From contig JBJMMA010000165.1 in NCBI GenBank assembly GCA_045805065.1, forward strand, positions 1-27,435: a DNA stretch of 27,435 nucleotides. The letters run 5' to 3'. The position numbers were made by a program, and so were the translations under genes. Position 1 is the stretch's first letter. The number at the start of each line of letters is the position of its first letter. Origin of the DNA: Bdellovibrionia bacterium. GTDB taxonomy: Bacteria; Bdellovibrionota; UBA1018. The notes beneath the pieces are model-generated. The model was not told the DNA's origin and searched no databases. It saw only the letters and a program-made list of their open reading frames with translations. Below, one piece after another: positions 1 to 8,966 of this stretch.

Positions 1-538
1 ACGACTCGACCTGCGAAGGCTCCATGTTTCCAATCGTTGAGCCAGGAAAGAAAAGAACTTTCTTGGAATGATCCGCAAGCTCACGCTCCAGGCGCGAAAG
101 AGTGTGCGTGTAATCCGCCCATACCGGCAGAACAGGAAGGCCCGCGTACTCAAGAGCGAGTTCCTGGCTGCTTTGAAGCAGAAAATCGCGCGAGATATCA
201 ATCGGCACGTAAGCGCAAGGATCAGCGAGCTCATCGAGAAGCAGCCTCGTCTTGACGCTTGCCCCACTGCCAAGCTCAATGAGCGTTGCCTGGGTTCCGA
301 TCCGTTCGACGATCTCACCGACATGGGTCTCGAGAATCGATTTCTCGGTTCTCGTCGGATAATACTCCGGTTGCTCGCAGATCTTCTCAAAAAGCTCCGA
401 GCCTTTTCGGTCGTAGAAAAAGCGCGGCGGAATGCTTTTTCGTTCCTGAAGAAGTCCCAAGATAACTTCGTCGCGAAACTGCTCCTTGTGGTTCACGACG
501 GGACTGAAATCAATGAGCTGAATCGGTTCATACATCAT
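1..538 (-). CDS. egtD: L-histidine N(alpha)-methyltransferase EgtD, 3' end runs off the window
   Basis: Not in the ORF track; translated manually: MMYEPIQLIDF...KSIPPRFFYDRKGSELFEKICEQPEYYPTRTE...LIELGSGASVKTRLLL...YVPIDISRDFL...FFPGSTIGNME. These are typical EgtD motifs. The ATG overlaps the egtB stop (ATGA, 538-535). Confidence 0.93.
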   Translation of the reverse strand, partial: MMYEPIQLIDFSPVVNHKEQFRDEVILGLLQERKSIPPRFFYDRKGSELFEKICEQPEYYPTRTEKSILETHVGEIVERIGTQATLIELGSGASVKTRLLLDELADPCAYVPIDISRDFLLQSSQELALEYAGLPVLPVWADYTHTLSRLERELADHSKKVLFFPGSTIGNMEPSQVES

Positions 539-1785
539 TGTGCGAGCCTCACTCCGGTGAATTGCCATCTAGCTGATGGTGGGAAAAAGTTTCGATAACT
601 GTTCCGAACATGGCCAGGTGGCGATGCAATGGATCCGCCTCGGAGCACCATCTGGCCTGACATGAACTTTCCGTTATATTCGCCCAGATCGCCCGTGAAA
701 GTACGGAAGCCTGGGTACGGAAGGTAGGCGCTCGACGTCCATTCCCATGTCTGCCCTACTCCGCTCATGGCGATCGCGCGCGAGCGAACCGCATGCTCCC
801 ACTCAAACTCCGTGGGAAGGCGCGCGCCTTTCCAGCGCGCGAACGCATCGGCTTCAAAATAACTCAGCTGACTGATGGGTTCGTTTTCAATAATTCTCTG
901 AACGCCCGAAAAGGCGAAGCGATGAGTAGGAAGCGCGTCGCCTTCGGTCTCCCAATAAAGCGGAGCCTCCCAGCCTTCGCGCTGAACCATATCCCAGCCA
1001 TCCGAAAGCCAATAGCGAGGCTGATGATAGCCCCCTGCCTCGATGAACTCGAGGTACTCTCCATTGGTCACAGGGCGTGACATGATCCTGAATGGCTGAA
1101 GGTAAACCGGGTGCGAAGGACGCTCATTATCAAAAGCAAAGTCCTCGCCTTCCCAGCCAATTCTTTGCAAGCCACCTGGAAACTCAACGTACTCAGCGCG
1201 CTTTGGCATTTCAGCAAAAACAGGCGCCGTTCCGGCGTAAGCCGGTCTCAGTGGATTGCTGCCAAAGATATGCAGGATATCCGTCAAAAGAAGTTCCTGG
1301 TGCTGAGCCTCATGTTGAAGTCCCAGCATCATTCGATCCCGAAGATCCGCCCAGGTCATCTGAAGGCTCGGATCCCCGGCCCCGGCGCTGAGCACGCGAA
1401 ACATCTGCGCATCCACATATTCGCGATAGGCGTAGACTTCTGAAAGGGTCGGACGGGACAGAAGTCCGCGCTGAGCTCGAGGATGATGCGCGCCCTGGCT
1501 TTTATAATAAGAATTGAAGATGAAATGAAAGCGCGGGTGAAAGACCTGATAGTCCTTCTGGGCGACTTTCAAGATGAAGTTTTCGAAAAACCAGGTGGTG
1601 TGTGCGAGATGCCACTTGGGCGGGCTCACATCCGGCATCGACTGGATCTGCGCGTCTTCCGCCTCAAGCGGCGCACAAATTCTCGCGGTCCGTGAGCGAA
1701 CCTTCTTATACTGGATCAGGAGGTCAAGGAATTGGACATTCTCCAGTCCCGTATCGAACTCCCGGGAAGCCGCGGAGTGATTCAT
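535..1785 (-). CDS. egtB: Ergothioneine biosynthesis sulfoxide synthase EgtB (DinB-like + FGE-sulfatase domains)
   Basis: SPPKWHLAHTTWFFE, FNSYY, RGLLSRP, QHEAQHQELL (Fe-binding His), FDNERP, RLPTEFEWE, WEWT, GEYNGKFM, VLRGGS, RNSYRNFF. Start moved from 1830 to ATG 1785, which follows a G-run RBS. Confidence 0.93.
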   Translation of the reverse strand: MNHSAASREFDTGLENVQFLDLLIQYKKVRSRTARICAPLEAEDAQIQSMPDVSPPKWHLAHTTWFFENFILKVAQKDYQVFHPRFHFIFNSYYKSQGAHHPRAQRGLLSRPTLSEVYAYREYVDAQMFRVLSAGAGDPSLQMTWADLRDRMMLGLQHEAQHQELLLTDILHIFGSNPLRPAYAGTAPVFAEMPKRAEYVEFPGGLQRIGWEGEDFAFDNERPSHPVYLQPFRIMSRPVTNGEYLEFIEAGGYHQPRYWLSDGWDMVQREGWEAPLYWETEGDALPTHRFAFSGVQRIIENEPISQLSYFEADAFARWKGARLPTEFEWEHAVRSRAIAMSGVGQTWEWTSSAYLPYPGFRTFTGDLGEYNGKFMSGQMVLRGGSIASPPGHVRNSYRNFFPPSARWQFTGVRLAQ

Positions 1786-1965
1786 TTCCAGCCCCCCGTC
1801 CCATGGTTCGCGTGAGAAAGCATAGCCCAAGCAAGCTTGGCTTGCTTAAGCATTGGAGGAGACGCCCCCGCATCCCCCCCATGCACCGCCGTACCCCCTG
1901 ATGTCATCTCGGAAATACACACTGAACGGCCCCCCAAAGAACCAAAGAAGACTGGGGCACCACTA

Positions 1966-1981
1966 TTCAAGCCATGTGCCA
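1966..1981 (-). promoter_or_regulatory. Putative sigma54 -24/-12 promoter facing egtB-egtD
   Basis: Minus strand TGGCAC-ATGGC-TTGAA: perfect -24 box, variant -12 (GA instead of GC). Confidence 0.45.
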
Positions 1982-2014
1982 TCACGACAATTATCTGATA
2001 TAGGAGGGTTACCT

Positions 2015-2821
2015 ATGGCCCCTAAGAAGCAAATCAGTAAGTACTTCCTCTATGAGAACGCGGTTCAAACGCCGGATGTTCACTGCGAAATTCTGATGAA
2101 CATCTATCGCGAATCGTTTGGACGCTACGCAAGAAATCTGCGCGAGGACTTCTGCGGAACGTTTACTATTTCAACGGAATGGGTAAAACGCAATAAACGG
2201 AACACTGCTCTGGGCCTCGATCTCGATCCCGAACCGATCGAATACGGAATGAAGCATCACTTCAGCAAGCTCAAGCCTGAGCAAAAGAAGAGACTTCAGA
2301 TCCGTCAGAAGAACGTTCTGACGCCTCCAGCCTACAAGCCTGATCTGATTGTTGCCGCCAACTTCTCTTTCTTCATCTTCAAGGAAAGAAAAACGCTGCT
2401 GCAGTATTTCAAGGCCTGTCTAAAATCCATGGCGCCCGAAGGCGTCCTGGTGCTTGAAACATTTGGTGGCGCAGGCGCGATCGAGACCGTTCGCGAGCGC
2501 AAATTCATCAATCTGCGGAAAAACTTCAAATACACCTACTTCTGGGACCAGCAGTCATTCAATCCAATCTCCCATGACGGCCAGTACGCAATCCACTTCA
2601 CCCTGCCAGACGGCACCCGGATGCGAAACGCCTTCACCTACGATTGGCGCATCTGGACAATCCCCGAAATCCGCGACCTTCTGATCGAAGCAGGCTTCAC
2701 CGAAACCGCAGTCTATTGGGAAACCGAGCACAAGGGCGAGCCTACTGGTGAGTACGCAAAATCAGAGCTGGGCGATAACGCCTATTCTTGGATCGCTCAG
2801 GTTGTTGCGATTAAGAGGTAG
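2015..2821 (+). CDS. Class I SAM-dependent methyltransferase
   Basis: LREDFCGT motif I variant, GLDLDPEP, DLIVAANFS, LAPEG-like MAPEGVLVLE. AGGAGG RBS precedes ATG 2015, so the 1853 start is likely too long. Confidence 0.8.
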   Translation: MAPKKQISKYFLYENAVQTPDVHCEILMNIYRESFGRYARNLREDFCGTFTISTEWVKRNKRNTALGLDLDPEPIEYGMKHHFSKLKPEQKKRLQIRQKNVLTPPAYKPDLIVAANFSFFIFKERKTLLQYFKACLKSMAPEGVLVLETFGGAGAIETVRERKFINLRKNFKYTYFWDQQSFNPISHDGQYAIHFTLPDGTRMRNAFTYDWRIWTIPEIRDLLIEAGFTETAVYWETEHKGEPTGEYAKSELGDNAYSWIAQVVAIKR

Positions 2822-2908
2822 ATCACGAGCTGGCAGCCAGAATTGCGCTATGTACTCATCTTCTAGTTAGCACCCAAAGGCTGAGTATAAGATCTAAGCC
2901 CGACTGGC

Positions 2909-3877
2909 TTACTTATATTTGCCAAATATTTTTTCAGCTTCTAGCTGATTATGGTGAAAGCAAAGCAGGCGAAGGTTTTGAGCGATGTTTGCTCCACCTA
3001 AAGCAAATGCTTGGATATGATCCAGCTGCAGTCTGTAAGTCGAGCCGCACTTCGTTCCATTCAGTGCACTCACCCATGTGCAGCGACCCTCATCTCTCAT
3101 CCAAACTTCTCTCGCAACAGCACGAGAAATATATCGGCTTCTTTGTTTTTGGTTGCGCACGTGACGCACTGACTCGTTCGGCGCCGGAGCAGTCACCTCA
3201 GCCGTATTGCCAAAGGATTGTATACGAGTCTGCGCCTGAACTTGAGTCTGACTCTTTCTCAATACTTTTTGAGATGGATCTAATTGCTTGAGCCCAAGCT
3301 GAGCCAGATAAGAAACAAGATCCGAAGTCGACATATTGGGATGCGAATGAGCCAGAAGGCCCTTAAGCTTTTCTAAATTACTTAAAAGCTCATCATCGGC
3401 ATAAAACCGTACTTCAGAAAGCTCTGGAGAAATTGGCTTAATTCGTTCCTGCAAATGAACTTGTGGTGCAGAGGTCAGACTCAGCAACTCTCTTTCAACT
3501 TCTCGAGTCGACTTATTTTCTAAAGAAGTCATCACTGCTGTTTTTGTTTCCAGTGACACAGACTCTTTCTTAAAGAAACTTTGAGCCCGAGCAACAGTAC
3601 TCAGAGTCAGTTTCCCGTCTTGAATCTTCCCTTCAAGCACGGGCAATTCTTTCAGCAATCTCATCGCATCAATGCGCCGACAGGCAGAGGCAGCACAATA
3701 GCCTAACTCTTTGGTCGCATAGTCAAACAGACTCGAGTATCCCAAAGATGCAAACAATCTACGATGCTCCACTTCTTTCAAATGATGCAAAACCTGGACA
3801 GCCATCTCGCGCTCGCGACTGACATAGACTTTGGTTTGAGACAAAAGCACTTCGTCTGAAATGTTTTTCAAATTCAT
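2909..3877 (-). CDS. HNH endonuclease with DUF222-like N-terminal region
   Basis: N-terminal LHHLKEVEHRRLFASLGYSSLFDYATKELGY; C-terminal VWMRDEGRC..KC...LQLDHIQAFALGGANIAQNLRLLCFHHN. Visibly more AT-rich than neighbouring genes. Confidence 0.85.
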   Translation of the reverse strand: MNLKNISDEVLLSQTKVYVSREREMAVQVLHHLKEVEHRRLFASLGYSSLFDYATKELGYCAASACRRIDAMRLLKELPVLEGKIQDGKLTLSTVARAQSFFKKESVSLETKTAVMTSLENKSTREVERELLSLTSAPQVHLQERIKPISPELSEVRFYADDELLSNLEKLKGLLAHSHPNMSTSDLVSYLAQLGLKQLDPSQKVLRKSQTQVQAQTRIQSFGNTAEVTAPAPNESVRHVRNQKQRSRYISRAVAREVWMRDEGRCTWVSALNGTKCGSTYRLQLDHIQAFALGGANIAQNLRLLCFHHNQLEAEKIFGKYK

Positions 3878-4270
3878 GAGCGCTTCATATCATAAGATTT
3901 TGAACCTCATAATACAGCGCAATTTGGCTTTATTTGAGCGATTTTCAGATTTTTCTCAAAACAATCCAATTTCCTTAGCGCGAGCGATACTGGTCAAATT
4001 TGACGCCTATAGCAGCACAATAAAGCGAACCGCGTAAGTGCATTTGATTTTACACAAGACTAGTGTCAAGAAAATCTTTTGAGTTTTTTTCAAATACCAA
4101 ACAAAGAGTCGCGAACTCGAAGCAACAACTGAAACTTCAATTCCACTGAACTCAAGTTTCCAAACACGTCTTCAAACTTCCGCACGCGCTTTTGAACTGA
4201 TGAGACACTTTACTCCGGCGCCGAACGAATCAGTGCGTCAAAACCTTCGCTCCGCGCGACTGAAGTAAGT

Positions 4271-5506
4271 CTATTTCACCCGACAAGCATCAATGCGCAC
4301 TAAAGAGCCCGCGCCACCCGCATCCGCCCCTTTGATCGAAGCCTGGTTAGCCTGCTCATCAAAGTTGAACATGACCGGTTTCTGATCGACGCTCACGGAG
4401 ACGGAATCAGTATCCACGACTGCATCCAGTTGAAATAAAGTCTCTAACGACAGATGCGATGAGTTCATCGCTCCAAAACTGGAAAGTCCGGCAGTGAAAT
4501 CGCTCGACATGATGTCTAAAGCAATCTCCTGTTTGGGATGAGATTGCCCGGCAAGGTCAAGTAGCTCTATGATTCCATGTCCGATCGACTCTTCGGATCC
4601 AGCAGTACTTGGAACCTTTGATCCATCCACATGAACGATGCCCGCGACTGAGAAATCCCCTCCTGGCTTCAAAGCTTCGAGTGCAGCCAAAGTGGATTCG
4701 GGCGTGATGACCGGCTTACCCGAGGAGTTCAGACAGTTCTTTGTGTAAGCGCTGTCTTCGATGGATGTAGGCGCTGCCACGTAGTCAGGAAAAGATGTGA
4801 AGCCAAACTTCTGAGGCGGATAACAGATGTCATTTTCATCCGAGATAAATACTACGGCGAGTGCTGCATCGTCACGATAGAGTCCCTGCGAACGAATCGT
4901 GGAAAAACGGGAGCCACTCAAACTTCTTTGAAAAGAAGCCATCATCGCCTCGCCATTGGCATCATCCGGATCGCTTGGGACATTCACAAGCGAGTTTCGA
5001 AGCTGCGACTGAATCTGACTTGCTGATTGAATACGTGAGTCCAGGACGGCTCGAGCCCCGGATGCGGCGTAGAGCTTTCCGCTGTACGAGGATTGCGCTC
5101 CATGAGCGAGCATCACGCCGATGCGGTAGTCCGTTCCGGAAGGCAATGCGTTGACAAAAGCTGAGACGTCGCTTGCCACACGCGCGCGTTTTGCATTCAT
5201 CGAGCTTGAAGTGTCAGCCACGAAAAGAAGGTCAATCGCATGCGTGACGCTTGGCTGCGGCTGAGTGAACGTCCAGTGAAGCTGATCTTGCGAGGCACAG
5301 GTCAGAGGCTTGCCCGAACCCGTTGGTGGACCGCCTGTTGGAGGCTGACCTACTGGAGGCTGAATGGAAGTGTTCGATGGCGGAGCAGACTGAAACGGAT
5401 CTCCTCCCTGAGTGAGATTGACCGACTTTCCGCATCCCACGACACCTACTCCTGCAGCGACAAAAAGAGCGACTCCCACACTGCTTAAGACTGCTCTGCT
5501 TTTCAT
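4271..5506 (-). CDS. VWA-domain lipoprotein
   Basis: Signal peptide with lipobox VVGC, Pro-rich linker, MIDAS motif DLLFVADTSSSM and VFISDEND. ATGA overlap with the upstream OmpA-family gene. Confidence 0.8.
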   Translation of the reverse strand: MKSRAVLSSVGVALFVAAGVGVVGCGKSVNLTQGGDPFQSAPPSNTSIQPPVGQPPTGGPPTGSGKPLTCASQDQLHWTFTQPQPSVTHAIDLLFVADTSSSMNAKRARVASDVSAFVNALPSGTDYRIGVMLAHGAQSSYSGKLYAASGARAVLDSRIQSASQIQSQLRNSLVNVPSDPDDANGEAMMASFQRSLSGSRFSTIRSQGLYRDDAALAVVFISDENDICYPPQKFGFTSFPDYVAAPTSIEDSAYTKNCLNSSGKPVITPESTLAALEALKPGGDFSVAGIVHVDGSKVPSTAGSEESIGHGIIELLDLAGQSHPKQEIALDIMSSDFTAGLSSFGAMNSSHLSLETLFQLDAVVDTDSVSVSVDQKPVMFNFDEQANQASIKGADAGGAGSLVRIDACRVK

Positions 5507-6684
5507 TTCAACTCTCCCTGCTGTGCAACCACTCCCAACGGAAGTTCGCGAATCAGGCGGATCAGCTCTTCAGGATCGCGAACATCATAAAACACAACTT
5601 CGACGCGACGATTTCTGGCCCACGCCTTTGGATTATTGGCGGGATCCTCAGGCTTGGAATAACTGAAGCCATTGGCCTTCACACGATCACTGAACCCATT
5701 CCCGGTCTGATTCCCAATCTGATTTGCAATTTGCTTTGATGATGAAAGCGCTGACTGCACGGATTGCGCGCGCTTTTTCGAGAGTTTCAGATTGTACTGA
5801 TAACTGCCGCGAATGTCGGCATGACCTGCGACTTCCACCCGTCCCCACTGGTCCTGATGCTGGGCCAGAAAATCTCCAATCTGTCCCAAAGCCTCCTGAA
5901 TAGGCTCTTTCAACTTTGAGGAATTGGTTCCAAAGAAAACTTTTTGGGGATCCAGCACCAATCGGATCGGCGCTGAACGACTCATGCTCAGTACATCGGT
6001 TTCGCTGTGCGGAGTAGAAGAACTGTTTCGCGCCACTCGAATTGGAAGGCCAATTTGAAAACCGGCGGTAACAAGATTGACCTGACGCCCCGGAACGTTC
6101 AGATCAGTCAGTCCTTGCGCTAAAAAACGTAATGGAAGACTTTGCGAGGCGGTTTCGTAAACGACTCGCAGACCTGCGTAAGCTGACCCAACAGAATTTC
6201 CAACACTTGGGCCAAACGCCGTGTCCGCGCCAAAAAGCATCTGAACAGCGGGGCCCACTTGCCAGAACTGGCCGAGTCGATAGCGCGGGCTGAATTCCGC
6301 GGTAGCGGAACGAGTGCGAATTCGAATTTCGCGTCCCAACGAATCCTGTCCGTTGACACTGCTGTACATCCAGCCGATCCCAGCATCAGCAACCCAGCGC
6401 GACCATTCGTAAGATCCGAGAAGATCCACTCCGATGAGTCCGCCTCCAGGAGCGCTTTGGTAATCCTGACCACTCACTTTACCCAGGCCTGTGGTGATTC
6501 CACCAAAGATACGCCAGGGCGTGATTTCCGAATTCTGGGGAACGCTCACTTGCTGAGACGAAATCTCGCTTTCAGCAAATGCGCGGTGCGATCCGCTTTC
6601 CACTCCTACTGCTACAAGTCCAACTCCCACACCAACCCACATCAACTGGGAGCTGCGACCAGCCCCCATCCAGCAACGAATCAT
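5503..6684 (-). CDS. OmpA-family outer membrane protein (beta-barrel + peptidoglycan-binding domain)
   Basis: Amphipathic beta-strands ending in FQIGLPI; C-terminal VFFGTNSSKL, VEVAGHADIRGSYQYNLKLSKKRA, NRRVEV. Start codon uncertain. Confidence 0.85.
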   Translation of the reverse strand: MIRCWMGAGRSSQLMWVGVGVGLVAVGVESGSHRAFAESEISSQQVSVPQNSEITPWRIFGGITTGLGKVSGQDYQSAPGGGLIGVDLLGSYEWSRWVADAGIGWMYSSVNGQDSLGREIRIRTRSATAEFSPRYRLGQFWQVGPAVQMLFGADTAFGPSVGNSVGSAYAGLRVVYETASQSLPLRFLAQGLTDLNVPGRQVNLVTAGFQIGLPIRVARNSSSTPHSETDVLSMSRSAPIRLVLDPQKVFFGTNSSKLKEPIQEALGQIGDFLAQHQDQWGRVEVAGHADIRGSYQYNLKLSKKRAQSVQSALSSSKQIANQIGNQTGNGFSDRVKANGFSYSKPEDPANNPKAWARNRRVEVVFYDVRDPEELIRLIRELPLGVVAQQGELK

Positions 6685-6724
6685 ACGAGGAGCATAAGAG
6701 GGCGAGCGTCAAAATTTCCACACC

Positions 6725-6744
6725 AAAGTTAAACAAAAGTTAAA
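6725..6744 (-). promoter_or_regulatory. 11-bp-period direct repeat (TTTAACTTT x2) upstream of the ompA-VWA operon
   Basis: AAAGTTAAA at 6725-6733 and 6736-6744; this spacing is typical of OmpR/PhoB-family sites. Confidence 0.4.
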
Positions 6745-6801
6745 TATTTAATCCAAACCAGCACGCTGACTGCTTGATGTGCAAGCTGGCCGTTTGGTGA
6801 G

Positions 6802-7119
6802 TTAACCGGCCGCTTTCTTTTTATGATCGGCTCCCTGCTGCTGAGGCATCGGAGATTTGCTGGACGGTCCCTTGGACATTCCGCGAGTGGAGTCACCGCC
6901 TTCCGGCATCTCGTTTTCCGCTCCCAGCGGTCCGCCTCGGTTAGTCGGATCAGTAAAACTATCGCTCACGTATTTATTAGGATTTTCCCGTTTGAGGCGT
7001 TGAGCATCGTAATCTTCCTCACTGGGTCGCTTGATCCGGTTATCTGCTTTGGACCAATGAGGATCCTTGTTTTGCGGGGTCTTTGGGCGGGACCAGTACC
7101 TGCGAATAAGCTCAAACAT
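6802..7119 (-). CDS. Small hydrophilic, low-complexity hypothetical protein (105 aa)
   Basis: ORF fills the gap between genes, is rich in G/P/K/D/S, and is preceded by a sigma54-like element 13 nt before the ATG. Confidence 0.65.
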   Translation of the reverse strand: MFELIRRYWSRPKTPQNKDPHWSKADNRIKRPSEEDYDAQRLKRENPNKYVSDSFTDPTNRGGPLGAENEMPEGGDSTRGMSKGPSSKSPMPQQQGADHKKKAAG

Positions 7120-7131
7120 TCAACCACTTAG

Positions 7132-7147
7132 TGCAATCCATATACCT
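7132..7147 (-). promoter_or_regulatory. Putative sigma54 promoter (leaderless geometry)
   Basis: AGGTAT-ATGGA-TTGCA; GG-N10-GC ends 13 nt before ATG 7119. Confidence 0.6.
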
Positions 7148-7208
7148 TCGATCGAACACATTGGCCGATGCACAAGCCACGAGTTGGGCCACAGGTCGGT
7201 AAAGACCC

Positions 7209-7236
7209 TCAAGTTTTACCCGCTAAATTACGAAAG
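7209..7236 (+). promoter_or_regulatory. Possible sigma28 (FliA) promoter for motAB
   Basis: TCAAG-N15-TACGAAAG; a weaker version of the element at 15794-15820. Confidence 0.35.
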
Positions 7237-7279
7237 ATTAGGGAGAGAGTTTAGAAAAAGGCAACGGAGATTAAGACTC

Positions 7280-8143
7280 ATGCTGGTTATTGTTGGTGCA
7301 TTGGTAGTCATAGGTTGCGTCCTCGGCGGATACCTGGCGGAAGGTGGTCACTTGGCCGTTCTCATCCAGCCCATCGAATTGATCATCATCGGTGGCGCGG
7401 CTGCAGGAAGCCTTTTGATCTCGTCTCCTATTCCGCTCCTCAAAGCGATTATCGGGCAGGTTTTAGGAACGCTCAAGCCATCGCATGTGAACAAGCAATC
7501 TTATATTGAAGCGTTGCTTCTTCTGTTTGAGCTTTGCAAAAACGCGAAAGCAAACCCCCTCTCCATCGAAGCTCACGTCGAAAAGCCGCACGAGAGCGAA
7601 ATTTTCAAACGTTACCCAACCGTTCTTCACAATCACCACGCACTCGACTTTTTGTGCGACTCCCTGAAAGTTCAGATTTCCTCCCCGATGAGCCCCTTTG
7701 ATTTTGAAGAGCTCATGGACAAGGATTTGACGACCATGCACGAAGAAGAACACAAAGCTCCCGCGACCATCACCCGCGTCGGTGACGCGATGCCAGGTCT
7801 CGGAATCGTCGCCGCCGTTCTCGGGGTCGTTATCACCATGGGTAAACTGACCCAAGGTAAGGAAGTCATCGGTCACTCCGTCGCAGCCGCTCTTGTCGGA
7901 ACGTTCCTGGGGATTTTGGCATCTTACGGATTCATGCAGCCTCTGGCCGCAAAGATGGAAAGCAATCTGGGCCTTGAGGGAAAATACCTGGAAGTGATCA
8001 AGGCAGGCCTTCTGGCTTTCTCCAAGAACTGTTCACCGAAAGTCTGCGTAGAGTTCGCTCGTCGCTCCATTCCTTTGGAAATGCGCCCGACGTTCAGCGA
8101 AGTTGACCAACTCACCTCTGGCGCTGGCAAGAAAGCCGCGTAA
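7280..8143 (+). CDS. motA: Flagellar stator protein MotA
   Basis: GGYLAEGG..LIQPIELIIIGGA, ESEIFKRYP, GDAMPGLGIVAAVLGVV, ALVGTFLGILASYG, VEFARR, RPTF; colinear with E. coli MotA. GGAG RBS before ATG 7280. Confidence 0.95.
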   Translation: MLVIVGALVVIGCVLGGYLAEGGHLAVLIQPIELIIIGGAAAGSLLISSPIPLLKAIIGQVLGTLKPSHVNKQSYIEALLLLFELCKNAKANPLSIEAHVEKPHESEIFKRYPTVLHNHHALDFLCDSLKVQISSPMSPFDFEELMDKDLTTMHEEEHKAPATITRVGDAMPGLGIVAAVLGVVITMGKLTQGKEVIGHSVAAALVGTFLGILASYGFMQPLAAKMESNLGLEGKYLEVIKAGLLAFSKNCSPKVCVEFARRSIPLEMRPTFSEVDQLTSGAGKKAA

Positions 8144-8171
8144 GATAAGTAGATAGGAAGAGTACCAAAAG

Positions 8172-8966
8172 ATGGCCAAGGAAGAATCAGTCATCATAGT
8201 CAAAAAGAAGAAGGGCGGCGGACACGGCCATCATGGTGGCGCGTGGAAAGTTGCGTACGCCGACTTCGTGACCGCAATGATGGCATTCTTCCTCGTCATG
8301 TGGCTCATGGGTTCTGACGAAGAAACCAAGAGCTCCATCGAGCATTACTTCAATCACCCGAACACTCCGTATAAGAATGGCGCTGATCCCCTCTCCCAAA
8401 CCATGAATCCTCTGGGAGAAATGCAAGGCGAGGGCGAAAACATTCTCAATGGATCGCAAGGACAAACTCCCGAAGACATGGTGCAGAGCCCTGCTCGCCC
8501 AAGCAGCGAAGTCGTTGCCGAGTACAAGGATATCCGCTCCAAGGTTCAATCGGATCTGGACGCTCTGGTCTATGGAATCGAGCTGAGCCTCGATCATTTG
8601 AAGTTCTCCATTGCGGAAGACCAGCTCTTTGAACCAGGTTCCGCCGAGCTCAAGCCTGGCGCTGAACAGGTTCTTGAAAAGATCGGAAAAGCCGTAAGCC
8701 ACTACTCGGGCTACATGACGATTGAAGGACATGTCGACACGAAAGCCACGTCCGATCAGACCGGTGGCGCAAGTCCTTATGAGTTCACGATGTCTCGCGC
8801 GGTTTCGGTCATGAACTACTTTGTGAATCATCGCCTGATGGCAGAAGATCGCATCTCCCCTGTCGGCGCGGGCCCTAAGCGCGCGCTCGCATCCGAGGCA
8901 ACCGAGGAAGGTCGCCACAAGAACCGCCGGATCGAGTTCACTCTCACTCACCTGAAGCAACTCTGA
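8172..8966 (+). CDS. motB: Flagellar stator protein MotB
   Basis: HHGGAWKVAYADFVTAMMAFFLVMWL with the conserved ion-binding Asp; OmpA-like C-terminal domain (IEGHVD...NRRIEF). Confidence 0.95.
   Translation: MAKEESVIIVKKKKGGGHGHHGGAWKVAYADFVTAMMAFFLVMWLMGSDEETKSSIEHYFNHPNTPYKNGADPLSQTMNPLGEMQGEGENILNGSQGQTPEDMVQSPARPSSEVVAEYKDIRSKVQSDLDALVYGIELSLDHLKFSIAEDQLFEPGSAELKPGAEQVLEKIGKAVSHYSGYMTIEGHVDTKATSDQTGGASPYEFTMSRAVSVMNYFVNHRLMAEDRISPVGAGPKRALASEATEEGRHKNRRIEFTLTHLKQL

Noticed and set aside
68..598. 176-aa plus-strand ORF in the track
   Set aside because: Antisense shadow of egtD, which has clear family motifs on the minus strand.
1829..1898. AAGCAAGC/GCTTGCTT hairpin and C-runs (possible minus-strand G-quadruplex) upstream of egtB
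   Set aside because: Only three long G-runs with uneven loops and no independent support; may be chance.
2909..4270. HNH gene as IscB/OMEGA or Cas9-like system
   Set aside because: No PLMP or RuvC motifs and no repeat array; the architecture is DUF222-like plus terminal HNH.
8187..8960. Long antisense ORFs (also 19541-20215, 18866-19471, 23709-24413, 22836-23489)
   Set aside because: They lie entirely within well-supported genes and have no recognisable motifs.
7280..8966. MotAB as a Zorya (ZorAB) defence motor
   Set aside because: MotA is normal length and colinear with flagellar MotA, lacks the long ZorA tail, and there is no adjacent zorC/D/E.
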